Part shown: positions 15,917 through 16,895 of the stretch, piece after piece
Layout of the letters: every line of letters begins with the position of its first letter
Position numbering within the stretch: the first letter of the stretch is position 1
Source: an uncultured Nitrososphaerota archaeon
Lineage (GTDB): Archaea; Korarchaeota; Korarchaeia; Korarchaeales; Korarchaeaceae
Length of the DNA stretch: 16,895 nt
Assembly (NCBI GenBank): GCA_964480775.1
Contig: CAYZRF010000031.1
Coordinates: 1 to 16,895, forward strand
Direction: 5' to 3'
Translations under genes and position numbers: made by a program
The notes under the pieces: generated by a model
Told to the model about the DNA's origin: nothing
Seen by the model: only the letters and a program-made list of their open reading frames with translations
The model's database searches: none

Positions 15917-16762
15917 ATGATGACCATTACTTTAATCCCTAAGAGGCCTTTTGAGGTTTTGGTTGATGCTAAGTGTATAACTCCGGAGGAATTTGCTGGA
16001 AAGAGCTTAGAGGAGATAGGTGCTTTGGAGATCTATGAAGGGAGTGCCGTAAAGAAGCTCAGTGATCTATTCGAGATAAGAGGGGAATCGAGCGAAAGCG
16101 TAGAAGAAACCCAAATAACGATAGAAGGAGACATGTGGAAGGTTTGCAGGATAGGAGAGAAGATGAGTGGTGGAACAATAATAATCAAGGGTTCTGCTGG
16201 CCATTATCTCGGAAGATGGATGAAGGGTGGGCGAATAGAAGTTCATGGAAATGTCAGGTCTTGGCTCGGAGCTGAGATGCAGAACGGAACAATAGAGGTA
16301 TTTGGAAACGCTGGCTCATTCGTTGGAGGAAGGCTTAGAGGAAAAGTTGGAAAGAAAGGGATGAAAAAGGGCCTCATAATAATCCATGGTTCTGTCGGTG
16401 CACGCACTGGTCACGGAATGGTGAAAGGGAACATCATCGTTGACGGAAACTCTGGACCCTTTCCAGGCTCAGAGATGATGGGAGGAAAAATACTCATACG
16501 TGGAGACTGCGAAGGCAAGGCAGGAGCAAACATGACAGGGGGTTCTATAATCATCTGTGGGAAACTACCAAGTGTCTTACCAGGATTTTACATAGACGAT
16601 ATTGCTTCTAAGGCGAAAATAAAAAAGGAGAAGGTTGAAGGACCATTTTACGTATTTGTTGGAGATGCTCTCGCTTCAAGAAGCTGCGGGGGGAGGCTTT
16701 ACATTCATAAGGCTTCTAACCCGCATTTGAAGGTTTATGAGGAGTTGTTGGAGGAGGTTTAG
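15917..16762 (+). CDS. fwdC: Formylmethanofuran dehydrogenase subunit C (GXGXG beta-helix)
   Basis: It has repeated G-rich beta-helix turns (IIIKGSAGHYLGRWMKGGRIEVHGNVRSWLGAEMQNGTIEVFGNAGSFVGG...) and an N-terminal LIPK...ITPEEFAGKSLEEI like FwdC. I prefer ATG 15917 (or 15920) to the track's TTG 15911, because GGAGGT at 15906-15911 is then 5 nt upstream. Confidence 0.9.
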   Translation: MMTITLIPKRPFEVLVDAKCITPEEFAGKSLEEIGALEIYEGSAVKKLSDLFEIRGESSESVEETQITIEGDMWKVCRIGEKMSGGTIIIKGSAGHYLGRWMKGGRIEVHGNVRSWLGAEMQNGTIEVFGNAGSFVGGRLRGKVGKKGMKKGLIIIHGSVGARTGHGMVKGNIIVDGNSGPFPGSEMMGGKILIRGDCEGKAGANMTGGSIIICGKLPSVLPGFYIDDIASKAKIKKEKVEGPFYVFVGDALASRSCGGRLYIHKASNPHLKVYEELLEEV

Positions 16763-16895
16763 ATGTCGGGGATAAGTGTCAATAGGCAGACTATGAGGAT
16801 AGTAGATAAGTTGTTGAGTGATCCGGAGTACTATAGGATATCGGTAGAGCACCTGCCATGTGGAGCTACTGTAATAGACACTGGTTTGAAAGTTG
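16763..16895 (+). CDS. mch: Methenyltetrahydromethanopterin cyclohydrolase, N-terminal 44 codons (continues past the window end)
   Basis: Not in the track because it is cut by the window edge. The ATG directly abuts the fwdC TAG stop, with GGAGGAGGT 4 nt upstream. My translation MSGISVNRQTMRIVDKLLSDPEYYRISVEHLPCGATVIDTGLKV matches the Mch N-terminal pattern (SVN...L.NGATVID.G). Confidence 0.8.
   Translation, partial: MSGISVNRQTMRIVDKLLSDPEYYRISVEHLPCGATVIDTGLKV

Noticed and set aside
15917-15990. C/D-box sRNA-like motif (ATGATGA at 15917-15923)
   Set aside because: It coincides with the fwdC start codons (ATG ATG A). No properly spaced CTGA D box or terminal stem follows.
11547-16762. Reading the cluster as a bacterial-type formyltransferase/hydrolase complex (Fhc) rather than a dehydrogenase
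   Set aside because: The B-like protein retains the four-Cys [4Fe-4S] motif, the Cys-His active-site dipeptide and a fused FwdD cap domain. The cluster is also preceded by a MobA-like gene. These are features of a redox-active Mo/W enzyme.
1-16895. Scan for CRISPR repeats, tRNA/rRNA genes, transposase/integrase genes and known defence-gene signatures
   Set aside because: I found no regularly spaced repeats, no GC-rich cloverleaf candidates in the intergenic regions, and no ORF with transposase, integrase, Cas or other defence motifs. The only nuclease-like ORF is a decayed fragment.

Overview
This looks like an archaeal chromosomal segment. It uses AGA/AGG Arg and ATA Ile codons, has GGAGGTGA-type Shine-Dalgarno sequences ahead of tightly coupled genes, and has TTTATATA-like TATA boxes. 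Most of it is ordinary core metabolism. The right half (9.6-16.9 kb) is a co-directional tetrahydromethanopterin (H4MPT) C1 module. In order it contains a MobA-like nucleotidyltransferase, a RimK/MptN-like ATP-grasp ligase, ftr, a fused fwdD-fwdB, fwdA, fwdC and the start of mch; ftr through mch are joined by overlapping or abutting stop/start codons. The middle holds argS, a D-aminoacylase-type amidohydrolase and a frameshifted DUF3795-like Cys-rich gene. It also holds a TrmB-like regulator followed by a stand-alone paralogue of its own C-terminal domain, an ADP-ribosylglycohydrolase, an Lrp/AsnC regulator and a DUF72 protein. The least ordinary part is the first 1.5 kb. It has a CPBP-protease gene start, a 53-aa two-TM ORF missing from the supplied track, and a PD-(D/E)xK nuclease remnant truncated at both ends. 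It also has two diverged copies of a ~160-200 nt element that folds into the same multi-hairpin architecture with compensatory base changes. That element is a candidate unclassified structured RNA or MITE-like repeat. I see no CRISPR array, tRNA, rRNA, transposase or recognisable defence operon. I cannot support a claim of a complete new multi-gene system from the sequence alone. Family assignments come from motif recognition and recall, not from database searches.
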